A stretch of DNA of 64,000 nucleotides, taken from the NCBI GenBank assembly GCA_030704615.1, contig CM060732.1:28210001-28274000 (forward strand), in the 5' to 3' direction. This stretch comes from Takakia lepidozioides (Eukaryota > Plantae > Bryophyta). Under the pieces are notes generated by a model, which had not been told where the DNA came from, did not search any database, and saw only the letters and a list, made by a program, of their open reading frames with translations. This document shows positions 13,908-24,559 of this stretch, in pieces; the stretch's first letter is position 1; each line of letters starts with the position of its first letter. The position numbers were made by a program, and so were the translations under genes.

Positions 13908-16097
13908 CTATCCCAAGCAGTGTGGACACAACCAATCTCCGTCAGGAACCTTCTCAAGAGGTGGTGTCAAGCATCCCATATGCCAACCCCTTGAGCACCG
14001 ATCACACACCAGCATGGTGGCTGCCCCTTTGGCGGACCCACAGAGCATGCACCTCAAACCTGCAGGTACCACTGCCAAGTTTGGGTCAACTCTGCCATCG
14101 ACATTGGGAAGGTGACATGGCGCACAATTACGCACATGGTCTTTCCAAGTCATGCCATCCCGACCCTCTAAGATCAGGACCCCTGAGGGCAACACCTCTC
14201 GAACCCTCAGAATAACACGCCCTGCAGTAACATCCAGAGTCGTAGGAGCAGTCTGCTGCAAATAAACATAGTCACCAGGGCTAAACCTCCGAACCCCAGG
14301 ACGATATCCTCCACCACGTATAGTGGCATACCTCAATGTATCACGGTGTTGTGCAATGGCAAGGTTCTCAAAAGCCATGGGCATGACTTTCTTGAACAAC
14401 TCTGCACGCTGATCACATGCACGTACCCACACGTCCGGATCGTCAAGGTTAAGGACTTGAGCAGTGTCCCTACGAATGGCTGCAGGCAAATCCGGCTCTC
14501 GGCCAAAGAGAAGGAAATATGGTGAGAAGGAGGCAAGTGATGCTTGTTTGCTAAACCTGTAGCCCATGGCTAACCAAGGAACCTGAAGATCCCAATCTCC
14601 TAGGTGTCCCTTCTGCAAGCCATACTTGCGCAAACCCCTCTTCACCGTCTGAACAACTCTCTCTGCTAAGCCATCGGCCTCAGGATGATCCCGAGAAGTG
14701 GTGCGGTGGTCTATCAAGGCTTTATCACACAAAGCCTGAAACTCCCCCAAGAACTCTCTCCCTTGGTCCGTGAGTACCTCAGCTGGAGCACCAAATCGGC
14801 TAAGCACACGATCCAAGAATGCATACGCAGCCCCCTCACTAGCCTTGTCAGGCAATGGAACCAACTCAATCCACTTGGAGAAGTGCTCCACCATCACCAA
14901 CACATATCTGTGGTGGCGCATAGTCAGTGGCAACGGTCCTGCGAAGTCAAGACTCCACCTGTAGCCCAATCCCATGATAGGTAAAGGATGCAACTGTGGT
15001 GTAGGGGCGTTGAATGAAGCACGTACCCTGTCACACACCATGCACCTAGCCACAAACTGTTGCACCTCTGTATGCATACCACGCCACCAATACTGCCCCT
15101 GCAGTAAACTGTGAGTGCGTCGCACTCCAAAATGCCCCAACTCCTCATGGGCATGCCGCACTAACCGTGCACGCTGTGTGAGGTGAGGCACAATCCTCAC
15201 CCGACCATCCTCCCACACTCGAAGTAGGTGTATCCCCTCCCACTTGAACCTCTTGGCTCGTTGCAGGATCCGATCCCTCTCCCTGGCAGTCACAATGGCT
15301 GCCGTGTCTCCCGTGCGGAGGTAGTCCAACACAGCCGAATCCTCATGTATATCTCTGGCACCACCTAGCTCATCACTAGCCTCAGGGTCCTCAGACACTC
15401 CGTCTACAGTCATCCCTGTTGTAGGTCCAATCTGACCTCCCGATGCCAAGATACACAAAAATGCAGATGCGTGCCATCCCGGCACCATCTCCTCGTCCGT
15501 CTCACCATGCCACCGAGCTCCAGTGTCATCCTGCTGGCTCATGCATGGATTGCGACTCAATCCATCCGCATCCCGATTGACCAAACCCGGTCGATGCACA
15601 ACCTGAAAGTCATACTCCTGGAGTATCAGTGCCCACCGTGCAAGCTTCCCTGTAAGCTTGTCTGACTCCATCAACCACTTGAGTGGCTGGTGATCCGTGA
15701 CAAGGGTGAAAAGATTGCCGTATAGATAGCACCTGAAGTGTGTCACGGCCCACACTGCAGCTAAGCACTCTCCCTCATATGAGCTGTACTTAGCCTCTGC
15801 AGCGTTGTTCGAGCGGCTAGCGTAAGCCACTACGAACTCTCTTCCCTCATCATCCACCTGTGTGAGCACCGCTCCAAGCCCCAGCATGCTCCAATCCGTA
15901 TGCAGCTGAAAGGGACGCCCCCTGATAGGTCGTCTCAAGATAGGCGCCGAGGTCAACCTTGCCTTGAGCTCTTGAAAAGCTCGTTCCTGCTCATCTTCCC
16001 ACTGCCACTCCTGGTCCACCTTGGTCAGCTTGGTTAGAGCCTTTGCAATGGTACTAAATCCCTTGACAAACCGTCTATAATAGTTTGCCAACCCCAT
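13908..16097 (-). CDS. RNase H - integrase - C-terminal PHD finger
   Basis: RNase H LHTDWS...YSSYEGECLA...TDHQPL. Integrase HHCC (HEELGH...CMVC) and D-D-E (SLDFAG / LTDQG / LAERVV). C4HC3 PHD CMLC...CDRC...WHMGC...WLCPHC at 13917-14051. Confidence 0.96.
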   Translation of the reverse strand: MGLANYYRRFVKGFSTIAKALTKLTKVDQEWQWEDEQERAFQELKARLTSAPILRRPIRGRPFQLHTDWSMLGLGAVLTQVDDEGREFVVAYASRSNNAAEAKYSSYEGECLAAVWAVTHFRCYLYGNLFTLVTDHQPLKWLMESDKLTGKLARWALILQEYDFQVVHRPGLVNRDADGLSRNPCMSQQDDTGARWHGETDEEMVPGWHASAFLCILASGGQIGPTTGMTVDGVSEDPEASDELGGARDIHEDSAVLDYLRTGDTAAIVTARERDRILQRAKRFKWEGIHLLRVWEDGRVRIVPHLTQRARLVRHAHEELGHFGVRRTHSLLQGQYWWRGMHTEVQQFVARCMVCDRVRASFNAPTPQLHPLPIMGLGYRWSLDFAGPLPLTMRHHRYVLVMVEHFSKWIELVPLPDKASEGAAYAFLDRVLSRFGAPAEVLTDQGREFLGEFQALCDKALIDHRTTSRDHPEADGLAERVVQTVKRGLRKYGLQKGHLGDWDLQVPWLAMGYRFSKQASLASFSPYFLLFGREPDLPAAIRRDTAQVLNLDDPDVWVRACDQRAELFKKVMPMAFENLAIAQHRDTLRYATIRGGGYRPGVRRFSPGDYVYLQQTAPTTLDVTAGRVILRVREVLPSGVLILEGRDGMTWKDHVRNCAPCHLPNVDGRVDPNLAVVPAGLRCMLCGSAKGAATMLVCDRCSRGWHMGCLTPPLEKVPDGDWLCPHCLG

Positions 16098-17042
16098 GAA
16101 AGCTCAAACTCGGCTCACATCCGTGGGGCGTGGAATTTGTGCAATGGCCTCTACCTTAGTCTGCTGTACCCCCAATCCTCCAGGATATATCATGTGACCC
16201 AGATACTCAATCTGGTTGTGGAAAAACTTGCACTTCCCCGGATGCAACTTCAATCCGTGCGCTCTCAAGCGCTCCAATACCACCTGAAGGTGTCTCTCAT
16301 GCTCCTCCATCGTAACACTAAAGATGATGATGTCATCTATGTAGCACCGAGCAAAGTCCACCCCTGCTAGAATCCTATCCATGACTCTCTGAAACTCTGC
16401 AGGAGCATTCTTAAGCCCAAATGGTAAGAACCGCCACTGATATAGGCAATCCTTGCCGTGCTCATTGATCCCCCAGAATGCCGTCTTCTGCTTGTCCGCC
16501 TCCTTGATTGGCAACTGGTGATATCCGGATCGTAAATCCAAAGTGCTAAAGGCCTTAGCATGCCCGATGGCATCAAAGATCTCCTCTGGTGTTGGCATGG
16601 CATACTTATCGGACTTGGTCTGACGATTTACAGGCCGGTAATCACCGCACATACGTCTCTCCGTCCAATTGCCATAGACATCCTTCTTGGCTGGCATCAC
16701 TGTGGCTGAAGCATACTCTCCACCAGAGAGCTCCACCAAACCTGCCTCCCAGAGATCTTGAGTCCTCATCTGAATCAAAGACCTCTCCATGTCACTGTAT
16801 CTATAGGGTCTCCGAAAGATTGGCGTGTCAGTGGCCAACTCAATACGGATCTCTTGACCCTTCAGTGCTCCCAAGTCCTTCAAACTGAAGGCAAAGCAAT
16901 TCCTGTAAGCCCTCAGGAACCGCCGTATACGTCGTCTCTCTCCTCCGGTGACAATGGGTCCAATGTCAGGCTCCCAATTGTCCTCCGTAACTACAACCTT
17001 AAGTCCAGTGGGCTTAGAGGTAGAGGACGCGTCCCGTGGTTG
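16098..17042 (-). CDS. Reverse transcriptase
   Basis: RMCGDYRPVN, FSTLDLRSGYHQ, LPFGLKNAP, YIDDIIIF, LGH. In frame with the post-DNMT linker (TAG at 17043-17045) and with RNase H (TGA at 16104-16106). Confidence 0.97.
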
Positions 17043-17339
17043 CTATGCTGCAACCTCTTGAGCAGTACTCCCTACCTGCTCAGTCAATGACAAGGCATCA
17101 TCCTGCCCCATCATCTCATCCTTGAGGACCTCCTCAACTCGAGAAGAATCCCCAACCTCATCCATCACAGCCGCCTTGGCTGCCAACTCCCTCTGATCCT
17201 CAAGCACTTCCCACGTGTGCCATGGATGCATGCACCCCGTGGTCCTCATATGCTCGCCCCCACTCACTGCCTGTACCGTCTCGGTAGGCAGAGAGACCAT
17301 TAAGGGAAGTGTATTCCGCACTCTGCGTTGCTCAGCTAG

Positions 17340-18313
17340 AGCCAAGCTGATAATCCAGGTCAAGCAATTGAGATCCATTGCTTGCCCCAACACTTGACGA
17401 CGTGATGCCTCAAAAGAGACGACACCGCCGTGGTACCAGTGGTAAAACCCATTGCCCGCTCACGCTCGTCAGCATTAGGCTCCACTAACTGCTGCAACTG
17501 AGCATCCCACAGGAGGCCAGGTCCACTATCCCGGAAAGCATGCGATCCTGGGAAGCTGAGCAGTGTAGGTAATGCTGCTCGTGGTTGACCCACCTTGTTG
17601 ACCACTGCCAAAGGCAAACGGTCATCGTGTCTCACATGCTGAGACTGCCTCCCTGTGTCCAGAATGTTATCCACTGTGAGATGTGCTGGCCGCTGCACCC
17701 CATCAAATGCACGCTTGAGCAGTGCGGGTGGCATCAAGTTAGTCCACCATAGCCGTGGACGATGAGCTCGTGACCCCACTGTAGCTGCATCTAGCAACAC
17801 TGCTGACCCAAGCCACGACCGGACTTGATGCACACTGGCCATCACCCTGGCCCGAGAATCGCCCATCAGTGGCACATTCTCCAAGATGTATGCTGGAGAT
17901 ACAGCTTGATGAAGCTGCAAGTGGCGCAAAACCCGCACCATCTCCCAAAACAGACCCGACCTCGAGTCTCGCAATCCATTGCCATGCCCGGCTGATGAAT
18001 GCCCTTGGCAGGGCCAACCTGCCACTACCAGATCAATGGAGCCAACCCGCTCCAAATCCTGCGCCCCCAGCAACGAAATGTCTGCTGGCAAGGCCTGCTG
18101 ATATCCACGAATTGCAGACACCGACAACAACTCAGGGTACCGCTGCACCAACTGAGCAACATGGCGAAGTGAAACGCGTCGTGCAGTCTCATCCCTCTCC
18201 ACATACAGGTAACGCCGAACTCGTACACCTGCCTGTAACACAGCAGCCAATCCGGTGCTGATCCCGCCAAACAAGTCCAGAAGACAAATGTCTTCATCCG
18301 GATACTGCCACAC
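17340..18313 (-). CDS. DNMT3-like C5-cytosine DNA methyltransferase domain within the Gypsy polyprotein
   Basis: Motif I LLDLFGGISTG, motif II YVERD, motif IV DLVVAGWPCQG (catalytic PC intact), motif VI YILENV, motif VIII RAHRPRLWWTNL, motif IX ERERAMGF. Motif X RRQVLGQAMD follows a 1-bp frameshift at ~17413. Confidence 0.93.
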
Positions 18314-18599
18314 AATAGGTGTGGTGTCAATGGAGACAACTGAGGTGGTCCTGGTGCAATCCCCGCACTCTCCTCCTCTCCTGACGGTACAAAAGCCTCC
18401 ACCCAGGCTTGTTGCACCCGTCGATCAGCATCCCGCTGCAAATCCTTGCTCGTGCCCCACAATGGAGTCTGAGCAACCATGGTAGGCAACTCCGCCATAC
18501 CATACATGTCATCCTGCTCTCCCGGAGGTGGTACATCCTCTGAATGAGCATTGCCCTCAAGCAACTCTCTAGGCCAACTCACTGCCGCTGTGAATGCTG

Positions 18600-19100
18600 C
18601 TAGTGTCGGCATCTTGCCTCGCTGGGCAACCGCAACTCCTCCTATGAACGTCACAGGGAGCTGCACACGCCGGCCCTCCCCTGACTGCCATGCAGGCCTA
18701 TAGGAAGCTGACTCCTCCCAAAAATCCAGGGTGAAGCCCATGGGGTACAACACTGCCCCACCAACCAGGACATCGTATGAGACTGCGTCTGTGACAATGG
18801 CCTTGGCTCGCATCACTGAGCCATCTGTAGGGTGATCCGGCCGTAGTCTGATAGCCAACTCACGCCGTGTCATGCCCCGAGCCTGCTCCGATCCTCCCAA
18901 GACGTCTGTATCTGGAAAGGACAAGGCTCCATATCCGCCTCCGTGAGGCCCAAGCCTGCAATAGCAGCTCTGCCCAGCATCAATGGCTGAGCTCCCGAGT
19001 CCAACAAGACCCGCAGTGGCCGGTACCTCTTGCCTGCCGGTCCACTCAAACAGAAAATGCCATCCTGGTTGTCTAACATGACAACTCCAGGTGTCACCAT
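18600..19100 (-). CDS. Retroviral-like aspartic protease domain
   Basis: RVLLDSGAQPLMLG catalytic motif and downstream YDVLVGGAVL (ILG.D-like) motif. A 1-bp frameshift lies near 18900. Confidence 0.8.
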
Positions 19101-19297
19101 GGCGCGCTCAATGGCTGGCCTAGCTGGCAGCTCCATCAACCTGGCAGCTGCAGCTTGCCATGGCGCCGCCGTGGCAGTCTTGACCCTCAAATCCGAGGAT
19201 CCCTCCGGCACTACACCTCCTACTATCTCCGCAGAAGATGAAGTAACCTCCCCACTCTCACAGAGTGTAGCTGCCAGCCTGAACACCTCAGCTGGTC

Positions 19298-21232
19298 TTA
19301 CCCCGGCGTCGCAATCATGGTAGCCGAGAACAATGGAGCCTGGCACACAGATGTGGCCGCTCCTAGCAGCACACTAGCTGCCGTAGCCTTGGCAACACTA
19401 GGTAGTGGTGCTACCCGTGTAGCTCTCCCCAATGGCATAGTAACCTCCGCCTCGGTAACAGTCGGGCGAGAACTAGGTGCCATGGATGGCGTCGACACTG
19501 TCTCCGCCAATGTGAATGACTGAGGAAGCCTAGCCTGACGGCTTGCCTCCCCACGCTGTGGATCCAACTCCACCTCTGCACCTCGTGGCTCAGGAACTCG
19601 TGCTGCTCCTCGAGTCACGGCTGCAGCAGACTCCACCTGCACTAGTGGTAGTGCTGCTCCACACATGAATCCCATGCCTCCCATATCTCCTCCCTCAGGA
19701 GCAGGAGGTGGACCATCCGGCCTTAGAGCCGGTACCACCTGAGCTGTAGCCATGGCAGCGAGCCTCTGCTCTAGCTGCTGAAGCCGGTTGGCCATGCCTT
19801 GGTCAACACCCTGACCTTCGCGTCCTTGGCCACGTTGAGCTTGCCCTTGGCCTCGTGGCTGGCCACCTCGTCCCCTCTGGGCTGCTCCACCTCGCCCCCG
19901 GCCACCATTGTTCTCTTGGAACTGGCCTGGGCGCAACTCAGGATGCAAACCATAACACTGAGCCTCTCCATGCCCGTGTTTGCCACAATGCCCACACTGT
20001 AACTGTGCAGGCTGTGCATGTGCCGGCCCTTTGCCTCCCTCTGGACAATCCTTCTTGACATGGGGTCCTCCACATGTCCAGCACACCACATCCGCCCGTT
20101 GTTGGCCAGCAAATGAAGGGAGAGACCCCTGCATCTGAGGTCCTCTCTGCCCTTCCCTGAGCTTCACCTGAGCCCCCTTGTTGCCTTGAGCACGTTGAGG
20201 TAGTGGTTGGCTAGGAGCACCACTACCCCGTGGTGTCTCCTTAGCAAATCCCACCATGACCACTCGTTCCTCCACCATGTTGAGCTCTATCCGCTCTGCC
20301 AGCAAAACACATTTGCTAAGGTGGGTTGGGCCGCTTGTAGGAGAGTTGCATCCCGCACCCTTCTCCTCAGCTCCTTGTCCAATATCCCATACCAGAATTG
20401 GACTGCCTGAGCTTCCGTAACCCCTTGGGTTACATTTATCAAGCGCCTCATACGAGTGAAAGCCTCCCTCAAGCTCTCGGTCGGCTTCCGTTGGAACTCT
20501 TGCAAGCTCCGCAACTTCTCTGTCCTCACCCCTTGGTAGTTCCCTCTCAACTCTTCGAAGAACTCCACGACAGGGTTGAAGGCAGGCACGGGTGCTAGTG
20601 CTGGTGCGGTAGTGGCTTGGGTGGACGTCGTAGCTACTGTACCACCAGTCCCACTGCTGCTTGCTGAAGCTGCCGGTGCAGCGGCGGGTGTAGCCACTGC
20701 CCTCGTGGCTCTAGTGCCCTAGTGATGGAGACATAATCGGGTGACCAGTACATCCTCCACTCCTCTATCTCAACCTCATGCCCCGCCTGAACTCATGGTA
20801 ATCATCCATAGGCGGCCCCTCAAGGTGCTGAAACAGCCCTTCCATGCCATGAAAGGCGTAAATAGTTGTGGATTGCGCATTTGCTGCAAATCACACCAAC
20901 TATCAAACTCTTGGATAAAATCATCCAACTCGATGGTGCCCACCGCCCCAGAGTACCTTCGTGGCCCCTTGGTAGCTCCATACATCTCCTCCATGTGTCC
21001 CACAACAATGGCAAAGAAACAACTTGCACCGCCGGTATGAGTCCTTCTGATTCACAATCCGAATCAGAACCTTCCGTAGAAGACACAGGAGGTGAAGGTG
21101 GCCTAAACCCACACACTCGCTCGTGTACCCACTAGTATCGCTAGTGCTCGAACCGGCACTATCCCCAGCAACTAGTGGCACCTCCGTGTTGACACTCAAC
21201 CGGTCATGAAATGTCCCTAACCCCCTCTCCAC
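19298..21232 (-). CDS. Gag (frameshifted pieces) with two CCHC zinc knuckles
   Basis: RRYSGAVGTIELDDFIQEFDSWC...; FQRKPTESLREAFTRMRRL (Retrotrans_gag-like Q..ES...F.R); CWTCGGPHVKKDC and CGHCGKHGHGEAQC. Confidence 0.8.
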
Positions 21233-21439
21233 AAGGTAACCGGGTAGAGAAACCTGTTGCGGGCTTATGGTTTGGAATACTAAGTTCCTAACATAGCCTA
21301 CACCTGAACTTGCATGACCATGGGAATATCATGAAGATACTCCTCAAACCGCCCTCCACGAGCTTCAAAATTCGGCCTTCCAGACCACATGCCCAGTCCT
21401 TAGTCCACCAGTGCCTCTACGAGTCAGCACAGGCCATCC

Positions 21440-22700
21440 ACAGGTCAACACGGGCCACCACAGACCTGCACAGGCCCACACAGCTCACTGGTCACAGCCG
21501 TCACAGTCCCACAGGCCACTGGGCACAGCCTGTCACAGCCCCTCACAGCTCGTCACAGCCTCAAAGGCCTCAGGCACAGCCTGTCACAGCCCAAAGGCCT
21601 CAGGCGCGGCCTGTCATAGCCCTCACAGCCCTTAGGCACGGCCTGTCACAGCCCTCACAGCCCGTCACAGCCTCAAAGGCCATGGGCACAGCCTGTCACA
21701 GCCCGTCACAGCCCCACAGGCCTCAGGACACAGCCTGTCACAGCCCCGCACAGCCCGTCACAGCCCCAAAGGCCACTGGGCACAGCCTGTCACAGCCGGT
21801 CACAGCCTGACACAGCCCGTCACAGCCCCACAGGGCACAGGGCACAGCCTGTCACAGCCTGTCACAGCCCATCACAGCCCATCACAGCCTCAAAGGCCAT
21901 GGGCACGGCTGTCACAGCCCATCACAGCCCATCACAGCCTCAAAGGCCATGGGCACGGCCTGTCACAGCCCCTCACAGCCCGTCACGGCCTCAAAGGCCT
22001 CAGGCACGGCCTGTCACAGCCCCTCACAGCCCCAAAGGCCATGGGCACGGCCTGTCACAGCCCCTCACAGCCCCTCATAGCCTCAAAGGCCTCAGGCACG
22101 GCCTGTCACAGCCCCTCACAGCCCCAAAGGCCATGGGCACAGCCTGTCACAGCCCATCACAGCCCCAAAGGCCACTGGGCACAGCCCGTCACAGCCCACA
22201 GGGCACAGGGCACAGCCTGTCACAGCCTGTCACAGCCTGTCACAGCCTGTCACAGCCCATCACAGCCCATCACAGCCTCAAAGGCCTCAGGCACGGCCTG
22301 TCACAGCCCCTCACAGCCCATCACAACCCCAAAGGCCATGGGCACAGTCTGTCACAGCCCGTCACAGCCCCACAGGCCTCAGGGCACAGCCTGTCACAGC
22401 CTGACACAGCCCGTCACAGCCCCACAGGGCACAGGGCACAGCCTGTCACAGCCCATCACAGCCTGTCACAGCTTGCCACAGCCCGTCACAGCCCGTCACA
22501 GCCCCAAAGGCCACTGGGCACAGCCTGGCACAGCCTGACACAGCCCGTCACAGCCCCACAAGGCACAGGGCACAGCCTGTCACAGCCCATCACAGCCTGT
22601 CACAGCTTGCCACAGCCCATCACAGCCCGTCACAGCCCGTCACAGCTCGCCACAGCCTGACACAGCCCGTCACAGCCCGTCACAGCTTGCCACACATGGC
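21440..22700. repeat. ~10-bp TCACAGCC(T/C)(G/A) minisatellite in the Gypsy 5' leader
   Basis: About 1.2 kb of TCACAGCCTG/TCACAGCCCG/GCACAGCC units with higher-order AAAGGCC spacers. Confidence 0.95.
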
Positions 22701-24559
22701 CGCTCTGGCAGTTTAGCCATTTCTCCAAGGGGTTTAGCCACGCCAAGCTAGGGTTTGTGTCTCTTGGACTCTAGGCTTCTTTCCACCGAGCTATGGTGGC
22801 CGTGAGGAAATCAGCAAGGTATCCTTGCTCTTTCGGCTCCCACACACCACCATAGTAGCCCTAAGCCATGAGGTGGTTGCCACAAACCAAGCCTTCTTTC
22901 TCACTTAGCCTACCCAAACACGCCACTAAACTCAATGGCAAACAACCAAGCCCTGCTGGTTCCCAGCCCTTGTGAGCACTCATTCAAGCACTCTCCTTGC
23001 CATAGCATCTGTCTTAGAGCCTATTCCAGCCCTCTACACCTGTTGCTTCAAGAGTTGCGCTCCCTTCAAGCTTGAAGTTGAAACCCCAACTCACATAGGC
23101 CCTACAAGTGCTTTTCTTTCACTCCAAGTGGAAACCAGCCCTAGACCTTCCGTTCTAGCTCTCTAAGGCTTGAAAACAAGAGCCTCAATGGGCTGAAGGC
23201 ATGCTCCACACATGCCCCACTCTCACCATAAGAGAATCAGCTCCTTTGCTTCATTTCTTGCACCCACAAACCTGATAATACAAGCTTCAGCAGGCTGAAA
23301 GCATGCTCTACATGCCCTACAGGGAAACCAGCCCCTTCCTTCCTTTCTTGCACTCCCACACCTAAAAGTGCAAGCCTTCACCAGGCTGATAGCATGCTCC
23401 ACACATACATTGCCCTCACATAAGGGAAGTCAGCCCTTCCCTCTTCCTTGCTTGCCCTCCAAGCTTGAAGATGGAAGCTTCAATGAGCTGAATACATGCT
23501 CCACACATGCAACCTCTTCACACAAGAGATATCAGCCCCCTATCTTGGCTCCTTGGCTCCTTGATGCTCTCTATGACAAGACTAAGCACTCCATAGCTTT
23601 TGCCAAGCTCCTGAAACCCTAAGGCTTACATTTCCAGCCACAAGACACTTCTCTTGTGGTGCAAGAGCTCTTCTTCCAAGCTCTGTAACCCTAGGTGCAC
23701 ATTCCATGGCCTTGCCGCACCTCTTAGCTCTTGTTCCAGCCCTGCTCTCGCCATGACAAGAGCCCTCTCAATGCTGAAGCTCGAGATTGAAACCCAATCT
23801 CACCATACTCCACAAAGTGCACTGATTTGCCCCAAGCCAAATCAGCCCTTTCGCTTGGTCCTGCAGTATGGTGCTTTCATCTCTGAAGCTGAAGATCGAA
23901 TGCCAAGGTTTACCACCTCGTAACCCACATCGCCTCCGCTTCTAACAACCAAGAGTTCCACGGTGCTCCTTGCATAACAACTTGGTTTCTCTCATTCTCA
24001 AGCAAAAACCACAAGTGCTACAACTAACTCGTATCTAGCACTCATAGATACGAGCTCATCTTTCTCGAGTGATAAAGAAGAAGAATACAAGCACAAGCTC
24101 ATGCGAGCTCACAAAGCTGAAGCATAAACTCATGCATATATAACCTCATCACTCAAATACAAGTCAAGCCAAGTGCACCCCACGCCATGGGGAATCCACA
24201 CTACGGCGCCATAGCTAGGCGCGGTGAGGCTCAACTCGAGAAAGATGAGCCTCCCGCGCTTGCCGTGAAGATAACCACTCCAGGGCCTAAATCTGCCTTG
24301 ACCCCTGGATTGACACTTGGGCCAATCCCAAATGTCAATATGTAAAAGCTAGCTATTTCCTAGCTAGTTTCACACTAGTGGTAAAATAACTTGACAGCAT
24401 GCACAATGGTGGGACAACCACGATCGCAAGGTGTGGCTTTTTCTCAATGTACAATGACGAGTGGAGCTGGTGGGATAGGGGGCAGACATGGACTCAAGCC
24501 CTAGAATCGGGGCATGAAGGCGTGCACGATGGTGGGACAATCGCGATCGCAAGGTGTGG

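Larger units (their letters stand above)
13460..24396 (-). mobile_element. Ty3/Gypsy retrotransposon carrying a C5 DNA methyltransferase and a PHD finger
   Basis: Termini TGTC...GACA, flanked by a GCAT duplication (13456-13459 and 24397-24400) that restores the host tandem repeat. Domain order gag-PR-DNMT-RT-RH-IN matches Gypsy. Confidence 0.93.

Noticed and set aside
17739-18261. Overlapping alternative-frame and antisense ORFs across the Gypsy pol region
   Set aside because: These are shadow ORFs of a GC-rich coding strand with no independent motifs.
21310-22660. Long ORFs (166, 253, 165 aa) rich in HSPSQP/TACHS
   Set aside because: They are translations of the TCACAGCC minisatellite, open in several frames and antisense to the retroelement.
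24200-24212. TGGCGCCGT on the minus strand as a primer-binding site
   Set aside because: It is not preceded by an LTR-ending CA, and the upstream 180 bp are not repeated at the other end.
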